This document shows positions 48,591-62,125 of a DNA stretch of 64,000 bases, in pieces. The stretch is from Rhina ancylostomus (taxonomy: Eukaryota): the NCBI GenBank assembly GCA_030265395.1, contig JARFYF010000052.1:105983529-106047528 (forward strand), written 5' to 3'. Positions within the stretch are counted from its first letter, which is position 1; every line of letters starts with the position of its first letter. The notes beneath the pieces are model-generated. The model was not told where the DNA came from and did no database searches. It was given only the letters and a program-made list of their open reading frames with translations. The translations under genes were made by a program, and so were the position numbers.

Positions 48591-49615
48591 TTCATTCTTT
48601 TTTCAGGAACTAGTCATTAATGGCAAGGCCAGGATTAATTGCCCATGTTTAACTATCCTTAAGAAGTTGGTGGTGAGCCACCTTCTTGAACTGCGGCAGT
48701 TCTTCTGGTGAAGGTATTTCCCCAGTGCTGTTGGAGAGGGGGATCCTTGATTTAGATCCAGTGAAGGCGAGAAACAATATATATCTAAGCTAGAGTAGTG
48801 TGTGACTTGTAGAAGAATCTTCAGGAAGTGGTGGTCCCATGTGACTGAAGCCCTTGTCCTTTTTGATGGTAGAGGTCATAGTTCTGGCATGGGCTGTCTG
48901 AGGGCTTGAGTAAGCAAACTAAATACAGTGCATTTCATAGATGATAGGCACTCCAGTCATTGTGAATGCTTAAGGTGTGTAGATGGAGAGTAAGGTCCTT
49001 GAGAGTTGTTAGCTCATCCAGACAGGTGGAGAGTATCTTATCATGGCTGAATTTTGCCTTGTAGATGACAGATGGGCTTTGAGGTTTCANNNNNNNNNNN
49101 NNNNNNNNNNNNNNNNNNNNNNNNNNNNNNNNNNGCTGGTCCAGATGAATTTCTGGTCAATGTTGACCCCCAGTATATTGGTGGCACAGTCTTTGACGAT
49201 AACATTTCTGAATATTAAGGGCAGGTGGTGGGATTCTGTTGCTGGATATAGCACTTTTGTTGTGTTGTGTGAATCTTACCACTTATCAGCCCATGCCTCA
49301 GTGTTATCTAGGTCTTGCTGCATGCTAGTAAGGACATCCTCATTTGCTGAGGAGTTGCGAATGGAATTCAGTGTTCCCATTTCTGACATTTTGAGAGAGG
49401 GAAGGTCATTAATGAAGCAGATGAAGATGGTTAGGCCCAGGACTCCTGAGGCACTCCTGCAGTGATGTCCGAGATTGGGATGATTGACCTTAACCTCTCA
49501 GAACCACCTGCTTTTGTGTGAAATATGACTTCAATCATTCAAATGCTTTTCCCTTGATAGACGCTTTCTTCAGTTTTACCAGGGCTCCTTGATGTCATAT
49601 TCAGTCAAATATTGT
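48590..49615 (-). mobile_element. Decayed L2-like LINE 3' region
   Basis: Reverse (TGAA)n-type tail and GGCAAGGCCAG at ~48590-48630. RT motif AGVPQES..LGL on the reverse strand at ~49430-49465. Confidence 0.6.
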
Positions 49616-49619
49616 TTGC

Positions 49620-50400
49620 CTTCTTAGGTAATTCCTAGGACTGAGGATGATTTGCTTACACACTGTTTTGTGCATTCTGAGGTGGTTAATGATGTCAAGG
49701 TAGGAACCTCAGGCTTTACTGCAGGTGGGCTGGCAGGGTGGGATGGGGTGTAGGTAGTTTGTGAGGTGGTGCACCCCTTCCATTGTCTGTGCAGAGCTTC
49801 TGTGAAGTCTCAATACCTTGAAGCTCATAACACCATCCAGAATGCTCTCATGCCACTTTCAGTAGTCACATGCCTGAGGTTCGCAGGAGTTAGTGGAGCA
49901 ATTACACTTCTTCAAGGAGACTCTGAGCACACACATCCTGTCTGCTTGGTAATCTCTTCCCATGACAGAGCTCAGAGTAGAATAGAACTCCCATGTTTTG
50001 GGAATCTAGTGTTTCGCATGTGAACAATATGACCTGCCCAGCACGGCTGACTGAGTGTAACTGAACTGGGGTCTCAGTGATGGGGATGTAGGCCTGGGCA
50101 AGGAAGCTGATGTTGGTTTACTTATCCTCCCAATGATTTTTGAGGATTTTGCAGAGATAGCATTGGTGGCATTTTTCCAGTATCTTTCCAGATGCCTACT
50201 GTTGGTGATCAAGTCTCAGAAATAAATAGGAGGCCTGGGATCACGCCATCCAGTATACCATGAGTTCTGTTCTGAGTCTGAGGTCTTAATTTACAAATAC
50301 CCTTTTCTTCAATTAGCTGAAGGCTGTTCTGGCACACCAAAGGTGGTGGTGAAGTTCATCATCAATGTCTGTCTCCACCCAGGGATGGATTCTGAAATAA
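49620..50400 (-). mobile_element. Decayed RTE-clade LINE 3' region
   Basis: The reverse strand gives, across frameshifts, LEKCHQCYLCKILKNHWEDK.TNISFLAQAYIPITE..QPCWAGHIVHMRNTRFPK..FYSELCHG, an RTE ORF2 C-terminal signature. Confidence 0.7.
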
Positions 50401-52004
50401 GAGAAGCAGGGCATATTACTTGCAGATGTGGTCAGTCAGATTCCATTTGAACTTCAAGATTTATGTACAGTAAGAAAAGATGTGTAAGGATATTGAGAAA
50501 GGGACAATAGGCATAACTAGAAAGTTGCTCTGGGTAGAGAGCCGACACAGATATGTCGAGCCAAATGGCCTTATTCAGTGCTGTAACCAATCTATGATTC
50601 TATTCTGTTCACAAATTTTATTGTACACGTGGTTGATTTTTAGATGTTCTCTGGAGTGTCTGGCAAACCATTCGCTTAGGGATTATCGGCCTAGGAAATA
50701 AGTGCTCACCTTGCCAATGATGTCCACATCCAGTGAAGAATAATTGAAGATACCTTTTGCAGGATATATATTTTGAAATAAATGTATTAAATTCAACTTA
50801 ATTGGGTAGGTGTTTTCTAAATTTGTACTATTTAACTGCCAGAGTATTATAACTTAGTTTGCACTTTGCAAGGTGAGTTGAAGAGGAAGACTATGTAACA
50901 CCTATGTAATATAAGTTTTGAACTAAATAGGCAGTCATGTAAAATACAGCTCCGCTGGTATAGTACAGACATCACCACTATAGCAGATTCTTGAATCAGT
51001 TGATGAAAGAGTTAAAATAAATGTGTGTAACTCTATGTCAACAGCGTTATAAATCACCAAGCCACAAAGTGGCATGCACATTGAAATCTAGCACTACTGA
51101 TGACTCTGTAGACCACCATGTGTGTGGCTTTCCATTGAAAACTAGTTTGAGTTGTGCCATAACCACAAACCGTCGTGTGTGTGAAACAGTAGGGTTTCAC
51201 TTCAGCATGAGTAGAGTTCATGAAGCAGTATCCAGTGACTGATTGGCTGACAAACAAACCCTAACACGCTTTTCCACTAAACGTACGACATATCATAATA
51301 AATAAGGTTTATTTATTGCAATGAATGCTTTATCCAAGTTTTTAGAGGCTTACAGCTCTCATATGTTGTAAATGGATCAAACTGATCACTGAACCCATAC
51401 TTTGATGTGCCAAATGAATTAACCATCAATGATGAGATAAGATTCAAACTGAAACAAATTCTCTGCAGCTTTGAAATTCAATATAGCCCAAAATACCAAA
51501 GAAATTGCTTCCATAGCACTGTCTTCTTTCTCATCTGTGCATCTTGCCTGCTACCAAATCAGGCAACACAAGAGGCAACTTGTCTTTCATGGAGAGGACT
51601 TTTTCAAAACAATCTGAAAATAAGCACTGAAATATTTTTTAACAATCATGCAACATACCCACATTTTATTAACTCATATATTCCAATTTGTATATTACAA
51701 TACTGTTAATGTATGACCTTGAACTTCTTTCATCAGCTTTTTTCAAGTCCTCCATCCTCTCCATGGAACACTAAACTCACTTCTTTTCACATTCGTGTTC
51801 ACATCAAAAGTTTAGAAAATTCCAAGAACCATCCCACAAGAATCTACTTTCCACCATCTGCCTTATGCCCTGAGGTGCACTAACACATGGGGATATTTAT
51901 CTTTGTACACTAAACTTTGGTTCTTAAAATAGCACATAAGCACACTTTTATGATAAGTGGGCATGGTATGGTACAATGCCAGTCTCAACAATTTGGTTGC
52001 AAGA

Positions 52005-52130
52005 GCTCTCTCTGAAAAGTCATCCACCCAGAATATTAACTCTCCTCTCTGCACCCATGCTGCCTGACCTGCTGAGCATTTCAGGCATTACCTGCTGTAT
52101 TTCAGATTTCCAGCATCTGCTGTATTTTAT
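52005..52130 (+). mobile_element. Solitary Penelope-type terminal fragment
   Basis: ATGCTGCCTGACCTGCTGAGCATTTCAGGCATT...ATTTCAGATTTCCAGCATCTGC. Confidence 0.65.
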
Positions 52131-53385
52131 CACTTTGAAATTGACAAAGAGGAAGCTCAAATTGCTACCTTGGAATATACAGCAAACATTTCAATCAATA
52201 AATGATTGTTCAATACCTCAGATAGAACTAAAATCTTCCTGCCAGCTTTCAATAATGATTTAAACTCTGCAGGATGTTACATTTATTTCTAGTAGACTTA
52301 GCATCTCTTTTTGTGCTATTGGTTATTGCAACTGGAATCCTATTTTATATTGACTTACAAAATTAGTGTAACTTTGATAATGTTAAGGCAAATACGTATT
52401 TAAATGTCATGGAAAGCCCAACCAGCTTCCTCTGACATTTAACACCATATCTACCACCATCACAGGGAGAGTGGGGTACTCTGGAATTCACCGCTGATCA
52501 AAAACATAACAGGATCAACCAGATAAATAACATAACTAAAAGAGAAGTTCAAAGGCTGACTATTTTGTAGCAAGTGATGCACCACCCTAGTTCCCAAAGA
52601 GCTTTGACTATCCCCAATACATTTCGGGCACATGATGGAACAATCTTGACTTCCTGAGTTAACTACAGCTCCAACACTTGAAACATATCACTATCTAGGA
52701 TGAAGTAGCATTCTAGATAAGTCGGATGCTTCATTAGCAACCCACCTGAAGTCTTAAATATTCATTTCCTCCTCCACCAGTGTAACATAGCTGTAGGCTG
52801 TGCCAGCTACAAAATGCACTGCAGCAGATTGGTAAGGCTTCTTTGATAGCACTTGCCACCTCAAAAGATAAGGGCCTGAGACATGTGGGGCTGCCACCTG
52901 CTACAAATATCCCACCAAGTTGTATTTCTTCCTGACTTGGACATTTCTTTGCCAAGGATCCCCATATTGTGTGAGGGAATGAAAGAAAGTACAATGATTA
53001 TGCCACGATAAGTTTGAACCAGGAATCTGAAGTTTGAATTCCTAAATGTGCTGCCGTGTTTTCTGGTGGGCTTTTGAGGGAATTTCCAAAAATTCATAAA
53101 CAGTATATCCACAAACCAACAGATGTGTGACACTGTTTTGTCACTTGCTGCTTATCTTGTTGACAGCTTCCCGGAGAGTTTTTGTCAGCCTCTTTGAAGA
53201 TACTTGGCTGTACTTGGTGGCCTGATCCAGCACTGTGCCCTCTACAGGGCATTTGTAGCACCTGTGCCAAGATACTCCCAGGTTATTTAACTGAGATTGA
53301 ACAATCCTGACAGAAACACAGGAGAAATTCGTTTTTGGTCATTGAAGCTAACACGTGCACAAATATTTCCTGTCAGTGTACTTAC

Positions 53386-53457
53386 CAGCACATATTTAAT
53401 TCCAGATGTGCAGAAGGTGAACATACCAGTGGCTAATACCTGTGCATGCATGAACTG
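53386..53457 (-). other. Orphan exon-like segment (72 nt)
   Basis: Acceptor tttatctttttccag| and donor CTG|GTAAGT. Only phase 0 is open (QFMHAQVLATGMFTFCTSGIKYVL); protein not recognised. Confidence 0.35.
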
Positions 53458-53942
53458 CTGGAAAAAGATAAATGTTTAACCCCACTGGTTCTGATGCAGA
53501 AAGTATCAAGCAAGACACAAACATTCAATTTAAACTTCCTACAATAAGCAAAATATGGCTCTAAAATGAAAATGGATTATAGAGATAAAACAGACAGAAA
53601 TGAAACAACGAAATACCTTTTGGAAATTTCCAACCCTGATTAAATTCTGAAGGAATGAGACTTTGTGCGTGTAAAATTACATTTTTGGAACCAGTGAGAT
53701 TGTCTGCTCGTATTTATCAGTTATCAGTAGTTAAAGATTCACTCACTCTTGAAAGCAGCAGCCTTACTCTTCCTTACACATTTAGAGCGCAACCAGTAGG
53801 TAAGGAGCTCAACTTCACGTTGTTGCATTGATTTGTCAGAACTGAGGGTACATCCCAATGTATTGTATGGATAATCATTTAACTGTATATACACAGATAC
53901 CAGAAGTTGGTCTTGAATAACTTCATATAACGACCAACTTAC

Positions 53943-54033
53943 TGTTATAGCCTAAACAAAATCCAGGCCATAATATAGAAAGCAACAGATTATATAATTT
54001 AGTCATCGTCCATAGTTGTACATTTGAAGGTCT
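53943..54033 (-). other. Orphan exon-like segment (91 nt)
   Basis: Acceptor gtttctttttctacctag| and donor ACA|GTAAGT. Phase 0 is open and contains MTKLYNLLLSILWPGFCLGYN. Confidence 0.35.
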
Positions 54034-54319
54034 CTAGGTAGAAAAAGAAACATTCATTTCCCTGTCCGGTTTGAAGGTTATTCCAGCTGCTGTACTATTC
54101 TAAGATATTGGAATACCAAGTTTAACAGTGTTTAGATATGAAGGTAAACAAAAGCAGCATCATGTACTACATTCATAAAAATATACAGCACAAAAGGAAG
54201 TTATTTCATCCATCATTGCTGTACTAATGCTTTGTAAGGGCTTTGAAAGATAATCTCCTCTGTTTCGTCCTCATGGATAGATAGAGAAAATGATGGAAAG
54301 ACTGTTCACTGAGAATAGG

Positions 54320-55310
54320 AATAAACCAGTCTTTTCAGGCTGCCAGGCTATTACGTTGAGTGCCACAGGGATCAGTTTTGAATGCCCATCTATTTATTAT
54401 TTACTATAGTGACTTAAATGCAAAGGACAGTGGAACACGCACAAGTGTATTGATGATATACAACTTAGTGGGAAAGAGCTATGAGGAGGATGTAAAGAGT
54501 TTGCAAAGGAATATAAGCAGGAGGTTAAGGTGGAGGATGATGTAGGAAGATGTGAGGTTATGCAGTAGAAGACAGAAAAAAATCACAAAGAGAATTAAAA
54601 AGAAACACTGACAAGTTGGTAAATGTAGTTGTGCTGTAGAGGGGAGGGGGTGAGGGGATCTTGATGTGCTGTTCATTAAAGGTAGACCTGTGGATACAGC
54701 ACAATTAAGAAGGCAAGTGGCATGTTGACCTTATTGCAAGATGACTGGAAGTTAGGAAATTTTGCTGCAAGTACACAGGGCTTTGGTGAGACAACACCTA
54801 GAGTATTGTGTGCAGTTTTGTTCTCCACATTTAGTGTGTTTACTTTGGTGGCAGTGCAGCATAGATTTAGTTGTTAATCCCAAACTGAGTGGGCTCTCCT
54901 GTAAGAAACAAATAAGTAAGCATGGTATGGAGTTTCAAAGGATAAGAATCAATCTCATTGAAAAATATTAGACACTGAGAGGAATTGACAATGTAGATGT
55001 GAAAGGTTGCTTCCCTGTGCTAGAGAACCTAGAAATTGTCAGCATATCATAAGTTTAAAGGTGTCAATTATTTTGGACTGAAATTCTTAATATGTGCCCC
55101 TCTTAAATTTCTTTAAGCAGAGTGTTGAAAACCATTGGAATTCTCTGCACCGATAATCATGAATTCCCCACCATTCTATATGACATCAATAAATTTGAGT
55201 ACATTATGGAAATCATGAGGTATGAGAATATAGTGGAAAAGTAGACTCAAGGTACAGGATTAGCCATGGATACATTTTATATTACCACAGCTGTTCCTAT
55301 TTCTTATGTT
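54320..55310 (+). mobile_element. Old CR1 LINE, RT to 3' end
   Basis: ORFs 54360..54545 (PQGSVL..LFIIY) and 54762..54971 (ALVRQHLEYCVQFCSPH). Tail CTGTTCCTATTTCTTATGTT. Confidence 0.8.
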
Positions 55311-56419
55311 GGTTTAAACCTGCATTTTCTCCTTCTATATCTAATTCCCTCTGCAAAATTATTATTGAACCTATTTCAATGCTCTTGCAGGCAGTATAAT
55401 CCATATCAAAGTAAGTTACTGCATAAATAAAATCTAATGACCCCTCTGGTTCTTGCTCCGATTGTCTTATGCTTGTTTCTTATATCTGCCCATGCCCTCC
55501 TGAACTCAGTTATACCCTGATCACAGTTTGCTATATTTATAAGACAGTTGAAGACTTTTGAAATGGTACCCTGAATAATCACTCAGGCCATCAAAAAGAT
55601 CAGTGGTTTCAACTTCAACCCTTGGAAGACACTACTGTACACTTCCTTCCAATCAGTAAAAAAAATTCATCATGACTCTGCTTCCTTTGCTGATTTTATA
55701 TTCATGCAGTCACTGACCCTTTAACAGTATAGACTTCAATTTTGCAAAATAATATATTATGCAGTACTTAAACAGCTTTTAAACATCTACACACACAACA
55801 GATGCTGTGCCAGCTTCATCAAATCTTTTCATCAAAAAATCAATCAAGTCAGTCAAACATGGTTAATCTTTCAGAAACCAGTGCAGGTGTTTATTTATTA
55901 AGCCATACTTTTTTCAAGTCTCCGTTAATTTTATCCTGGAGAATTGTTGCTTAATGTTTCATGACCGGCAACCTGACTAACTGGTTTTCCCAGATATAGT
56001 CCTCTCTTCTTTTTTGAACAGAAGTTGTAATATTTGCAACATTTTTCTGGCATTCCTCCTACTTAAAAAGGATTGGAAAATGATGACCAGAATTTCTGTA
56101 AGTTCTTTACTCAGTTTCCTAACACTCATGTGCGTGAGTTTACTAATCTAAACACTGTCTGCCTTAATCATCTCCTATTTATCCACTTATAATCTATCCA
56201 ATTTCTCTTTACTTCTCTATCCCCTTTACTGTTGGTAGCAGTGCCTTGGTGAAGAGAGATGTAAAGCATTCAGTACCTTAGCTTTTTTTGTGTCTCCACA
56301 AAAAGATTCCCTTTTGGTTTTTATCAGCCCAATCATTCCTTTGATATTTTTTTCTTACTAATTATATTTTTGTTAAGGTTTTCATGTACCCATTAATATT
56401 ATCTGCTATCCTTCCTCTG

Positions 56420-58480
56420 AGAAACATAAAAAATGGGAGTAGGAACAGGCTATTTGGCCCTTCGAGCCTACTCAACCCAGCATGATCATGGCTGATCATC
56501 CAAATTCGGTACCCTGTTCCTACTTTCTTCCCATATCCCTTGATCACTTTAGCCATAAGAATAACATCTAACTCTTTCATGAATATATTTAATGTTTGAC
56601 CCTCAACTGCCCTTTGTGGCAGAGAATTCCATAAGTTCACCACTCTTGGGGTGAAGAAACTTGTCTTCATCTCAGTCCTAAATGGCTTACTCCTTATCCT
56701 TAGGCTATAACCCCTGATTCTGAACTTCTCCAATGTGGGAGACATCCTTCCCACAGCAAGTCTGTCCAGTCCCATTGGGATTTTGAGTAAGGCCCCTATT
56801 CATTCTTCTAAACTCTAGCAGATATAGGCTCATTCATCCCAATCTATCTTCATACATCAGTGATGCATCGCAGGAATCAATCTGATGAATCTTTGTTACA
56901 CTGCCTCCATAACAGCCTTCCTCAGATAAGAAGACCAAAGCTACACACAGTACTCAAGGTGGGTCTCTCTGAGGTCTTATCATTGCAATAAGGCATCCCT
57001 ACTCATAACCTCTCACCAAGGTCAACATACCATTTGCCTTCTTATCTGCCTACTGCACCTGAATGCACCTTTCATCAACTGGTGTGAAAGGACACTTGGG
57101 TCTCATAGAACCTCTGTTTTTCTGATATCTCACATTGAACACAAGAATACATGAAAATAGAAGCAGGAGTAGATCACCTGCCTTCTCAATCTGCCCCACT
57201 ATTCAATGTGTCTTTGCTATTAAATCTTTAATAATGAAGCCTAGCATTTTTCCACCAATGGTATCAAACTAACCAGTCAATAATTTTGTTTTCCCACTTC
57301 TTTTAACCAGTCTGGTTAAATAAGCAACACGCCAATCCATTGGGGCTGATCCAGGGCCCATAGAATGTTGCAAAGTGACTACCAATGCAACCACCATTCC
57401 TAGGGCCACTTCCTTCGGTACTCAAGGATGAAGACCACAGGGCCTCTGGGGATTTACTGGTCTCCAAACCTGTCAACTTTCCTAACACTATTTCCCTATT
57501 AATACCGATCAGTTCCTCCACACTAAACCTTAGTTTTCTGGCACTTCTGGGAGATTATTTGTGTCTTCCGTTGTGAAGGCAGTATCAAAGTTTTTGTTCA
57601 ATTGGTCTGCCACTTCTTTGTTCCTCATTATGAATTCCCTTGTTTCTGACTGTTCTATGTTTGTTTTCACTGATCTAGAGAAGCTTTTACTTCATTTTTT
57701 TTATGTCCCCTGCAAAGTTACTTTCCTATTCCATTTTCCTCTTTTTAATTAATCCTCTGGCCCTCCTTTGCTGAGTTCAAACCTGTCCCCAATCCTCAGG
57801 TACACTGTTTTCTCCGTCCAATTTATACATTTGCTCCTTGGGTCTAAAATACTCCCTAATTTCCCTTGTTAGTCATCCTTTCCATTTTATTTTTCTCTTA
57901 GACAGGAATGAATAATTCTTGTAGTTCCTTCATGCATTTCTTAAGTCTTTGCCATTGCCAATACAGTATCAGTCACATGTTATCTTAGCCAATTTATCTG
58001 AGCCAACTTTGTCCGCCTGCCTTCATATTTTCCTTCATTTACATTCAGGATCCTTGTCTCAGAATCAAATATATCATTATCCATCTCAATGAAGATCTCC
58101 TCCATATTCTGGTCTTTCCTCCCCAAGGGGCCTCATACAACAAGCCTGTTAATTAATCCTTTCTCATTAGACAATACACAGTCTAGGATGGCTTGCTCTC
58201 TAGCTGATTCCTCAATGTATTGATCCAGAAAACTATCCTGTACACACTCCAGGAATTCCTCTTTCACAATATTGCTACAATTTGGTTAGCCTAAAGATTA
58301 AAGACATCAATAATTACTGTTATGACTTTATTGCATGGGCTCCATTTTCCTGTTTAATGCCATCCCTATCACAACCATTACTGTTTGAGGGACTGTATAT
58401 AATTGTCAGTAACGTTTTCTACTCCTTGGAATTCTTTAGCTCTGCCCGAACAGATTCCATGTCACCTGAGCTAATATGAA
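56420..58480 (-). mobile_element. CR1 LINE fragments (3' end, RT and upstream region), decayed and probably composite
   Basis: ORFs 56362..56775 (FFTPRVVNLWNSLPQRAVE) and 57303..57521 (VLGKLTGLETSKSP). Tails at ~56420 and ~57140. Confidence 0.8.
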
Positions 58481-58699
58481 CAACATTCCTGACAGGAACA
58501 AAGGACCTTAGTTTTACTTTGAGTTAGCGAGTACACTATAAAAGTAATGGGAATGCACACATTTCCACTTAACAAAAAGTTGCCTTCCTCACCGCACAAC
58601 TCTTTCTGAATCATTACATCAGCACCAACTCTACATCTGAGGTGGGTTTGCTCCCTTGCGGGAACTCTGATCCTCGGCCTTTCTTCCCGGGCCACTACA

Positions 58700-59045
58700 A
58701 GACACTAAGGGCCTGTGTTCCTGCCAGGTTCAGACATTCCATGTCTCCATTTGTACCATGTTTACACCATCAAGGCTTCTGTTCCCCCTGGATTTACACT
58801 CTCAGAGCTTTGGTTCTCCCTCTGTTTACACTCATAAGACCTCTGTTCCCACTGTGCTTCCACTCTCAAGGTCACTGTGTTTATACTCTTGGGGTCTCTA
58901 TTCCCATTGTACTTAAATTCCCAAGGCCTCTGTCTCTGGTGTGTTTACACTCAAGGGGCCTCTGTTCCCATTGTGTTTACACTCACAGGGCCTCTGTTCC
59001 ACTGTGGTTACAGTCAAGGGGCCTCTGTTCCCACTGTGTTTAATT
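58700..59045 (+). repeat. Degenerate ~32-bp minisatellite, about 10 units
   Basis: Consensus close to CTCAAGGGGCCTCTGTTCCCA(C/T)TGTGTTTACA. The units at 58950-59040 are the best conserved. Confidence 0.8.
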
Positions 59046-60732
59046 CTCAGTTACTTTCCATTTGTCACTTCTGTGCCTACTTGACCAGTCCATTCATGTC
59101 TTACTGCAGCTTTTTACTTTCTTTCCCATCACCAACTACACTACCAACATTGGTATCATCAACAAAATCAATGCTCTTGCATTTAGCTCCAATCCTAATG
59201 GTATATCACAAAAAGCAAAGAAACTAGTACTGAGCTCTGGAAAGTGCCATTGTACTTCAATAGGACGAGAGTCCCTATAACATTACTCTTTGCTTGCACT
59301 CACTGAGCAAATTTTTAAAATCAGTGCACTGCTTTCCCTTGGATCTCATTGGCCTTTTCCATTCCTGCTCAACCTACTGTTTTTATTTTGGCCTTACTCT
59401 ACTGCTTACAGGTGTCTATTTTTGTTCAATATAAGTACTGAATGAAAATCTTATGCACCCTTACATTGATATCTGTCAAGCATGATTTAAAATGAATGAA
59501 AATTTAACTTAACCTCAGATATTCGGCCATAAAATGCAACATTCACGTTTCTACTTCTGCTTTTAATTTTAAAATAAAAATTAAGAATTTCCAAACAATC
59601 TGGGGAAAAAGATACAAATACAAAGCACATTTAATTTACTACATCTAATTTCTCTGACAACATAAACACAAACTTAGTTAATCAAAAGGAATATATTTGT
59701 GACGAGTTAGTTGCTGTTAAATAAATCATTATGTTTAGTTTTACTGGAGCCACTTCATGTTTGGGTAAGGATTGTTTCTGGATATGAAGTGGAAAGATGT
59801 CTGGTCCTCCACTGCTCAACAAATTATAATCAATGGAGTTCGATGAATATATTAAAAATCTCAAAATCAACTTACTGTTTGATTACAAATTTATGTGCCA
59901 CATTAAGGTTTGATCATTTGACTTTGTCAGCATAAAATGCAACATTATTTATTGTTACGACTTTATTTAGTAAGCTCTTAAAAAGATTGGAATGACTTGG
60001 CATTCGTTTAATAAAATTAAATAGTTTTAATTGAATATTCAAACTTTTTAAAATGTTAATGAGCATGCAGTTACAGCAAAACAATATTTTAGATCTGATT
60101 TGCAACATAATTATTTACAGTAAAGAGAAAATCCATTATAAATATTGATAACTGCAAGTAACAAACATTGATTTAACTCAAACAGATTTATTTTTGTGTT
60201 TATGTCTTTCTTAAATCTGAAAGTTCAGTGTTTAAACAAAATGCAATTTATAAACACAATTTACAGAACACTGTCTTCAGTCTTTGAACTAAATCAAACC
60301 CTGTTAGAATGTTATTAGCAAAACCAGATGCCTTTTTTCAGTTTCCAGCATTGTAACAATGATGCTCTGATATCATTTTATGATAGGCCATATCATGCAG
60401 ATCTTACCTTTCCCTTTACATGGTAATTTGTGAAGGAGAGTTGGTACAAAAGACAAAGTCTTATTTACAGGTGATCAGAAACAAGTATAAATGAGAAGAA
60501 TGAGATCTGAACCACTGGGTGGGGAACCCACAGGTGTTAAATATGCAAAAGCAATCACTTCATTGCAAAATCTAAATAAAAGAATTATCTTCAGTAATGT
60601 AGAATCTGGGGAAATCAATGCGTAAATGATACTCTGCTGTATTATAAGTTAAACAAGAATATAAGCCAAATTAAATAGCTAGCAAGAGATGATTACAGCT
60701 GCCAACAAAGTTCATAACTAAAAATAATGTGA

Positions 60733-61550
60733 AAAGATTCAAGATTCAAGATTTACTTTATTGTCATTGCTCTGAGTATTTACATACACAAAAAAACAAA
60801 ATACTGCTTCTCACCAGCTCATATCAGTGCAACAAAAAGAACAGTGATAAATATCTACAATAATCTATAAGAGCATCTCTAAAACAAAACTAAAAATGTA
60901 TCCATACCACATATTCATATCTGTTAAAATGCGTTTATGTATTAATAAGTGTTTATTCAGTTCGAGATGAATTTCTAATTATCATGTAGCTAACTATCAA
61001 GCTGTTTCTGTATTAATCGGGGCAGTTAAGAAGGTTAAGGTGTGAGTATGTGCGTGTGTGTAGAGGGAGAGCTTGTCGATGGAAGTGGAAGGGGACACAG
61101 TCCATTTAGGATCCTGACTGCTTGTGGGAAAAAGCTGTTCAGCATCCTACTAGATCTGGAGCAGATGCTCCTATACCTCTTCCCCAACGGCAGGAGGGAA
61201 GACAAGTTGTGAGAAGGGTGATAAGGGTCCTTAATGATGGCTGTAGCTCTGTGAATGCAGCGTCGCTGATAGATCTCCATTAGAAAGGGGAGAGGGGCAC
61301 CAATGATCCCGCTAGCTGTCTTTACCATCCTATTGAGCTGCTGTTGTTTGTAGGCCTTGCAGCTACCAAACCAGGAGGTGAGGCCATAGGTCAGGATGCT
61401 TTCAATGGTGCCCCTGTAAAAAGTGATGAGGTATGGAGTAGGGAGGCCTGCCTTTCTGTGTCTCCGGAGGGGGTAAAGCTGCTGCTGGGCTTTTTTAACG
61501 ATGGCTGCAGTGTCAATAGTGGAGGTCAGATCATCCGCTAGGTGAACCAT
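60733..61550 (-). mobile_element. Rex1/Babar-clade LINE 3' end with a long residual ORF
   Basis: ORF 61035..61550 (KKAQQQLYPLRR..TFYRGTIESILTYGLTSWFGSC..LPLGKRYRSI..NSFFPQAVRILN). Tail (AAGATTC)n plus TTTATTGTCA at 60733-60767. Confidence 0.88.
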
Positions 61551-61632
61551 CTTTTGTGGAGAGATGTCCCCTGGTTCACCATCCTTCTCCTATCTCAGTC
61601 CTGAATATCTTACCCAGTATCCGGAAACTGTG

Positions 61633-62125
61633 AATCAGAATCAGTTTATTATCACTGACTTGTATGTCGTGAAATTTGTTATTTTGTGGCAGCAGTATAG
61701 TGCAAAGACATAAAAATTACTATAAAATTTCAAAATAAATAAATAATTGGGAATAAAGGAATAATGAGGTAGTGTTCATGGATTCATGGACCGCTCAGAA
61801 ATCTGATGGCGGAGGGGAAGAAGCTGTTCCTAAATCATTGAGTGTTGGGGTCTTCAGGCTCCTGTACCTCTTTCCTGATGGTAGTAATGAGAAGAGGGGA
61901 TGTCCCGGATGATGTGGGCCCTTAGTGATAGATGCCGCCTTTTTGAGGTACCTCCTCTTGAAGATGTCCTCGATGGTAGGGTGGGTTGTGCCCATGATGG
62001 AGCTGGCTGAGTCTACGTCCATCTGCAACCTCTTGCGATCCTGTGCATTGGAGCCTCGATACCAGGCTGTGATGCAACCAGTAAGAATGCTCTCCACCGT
62101 ACATCTACAGAAATTTGCAAGAGTC
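61633..62125 (-). mobile_element. Second Rex1/Babar-clade LINE 3' end, different subfamily
   Basis: ORF 61795..62097 (ESILTGCITAWY..HPGHPLFSLLPSGKRYRSLK). Tail (AATCAG)n TTTATT at 61633-61650. Confidence 0.88.

Noticed and set aside
58642-59227. Overlapping Cys/Leu-rich ORFs, or a CRISPR-like array
   Set aside because: They are translations of the 32-bp minisatellite. There is no repeat-spacer structure and the context is eukaryotic.
60408-60460. Strong donor AAG|GTAAGA on the minus strand
   Set aside because: No convincing upstream acceptor with an open frame.
61035-62097. 171-aa and 100-aa ORFs as host genes or a domesticated protein
   Set aside because: They are Rex1/Babar ORF2 C-terminal fragments with LINE tails, and I saw no splice or promoter support.
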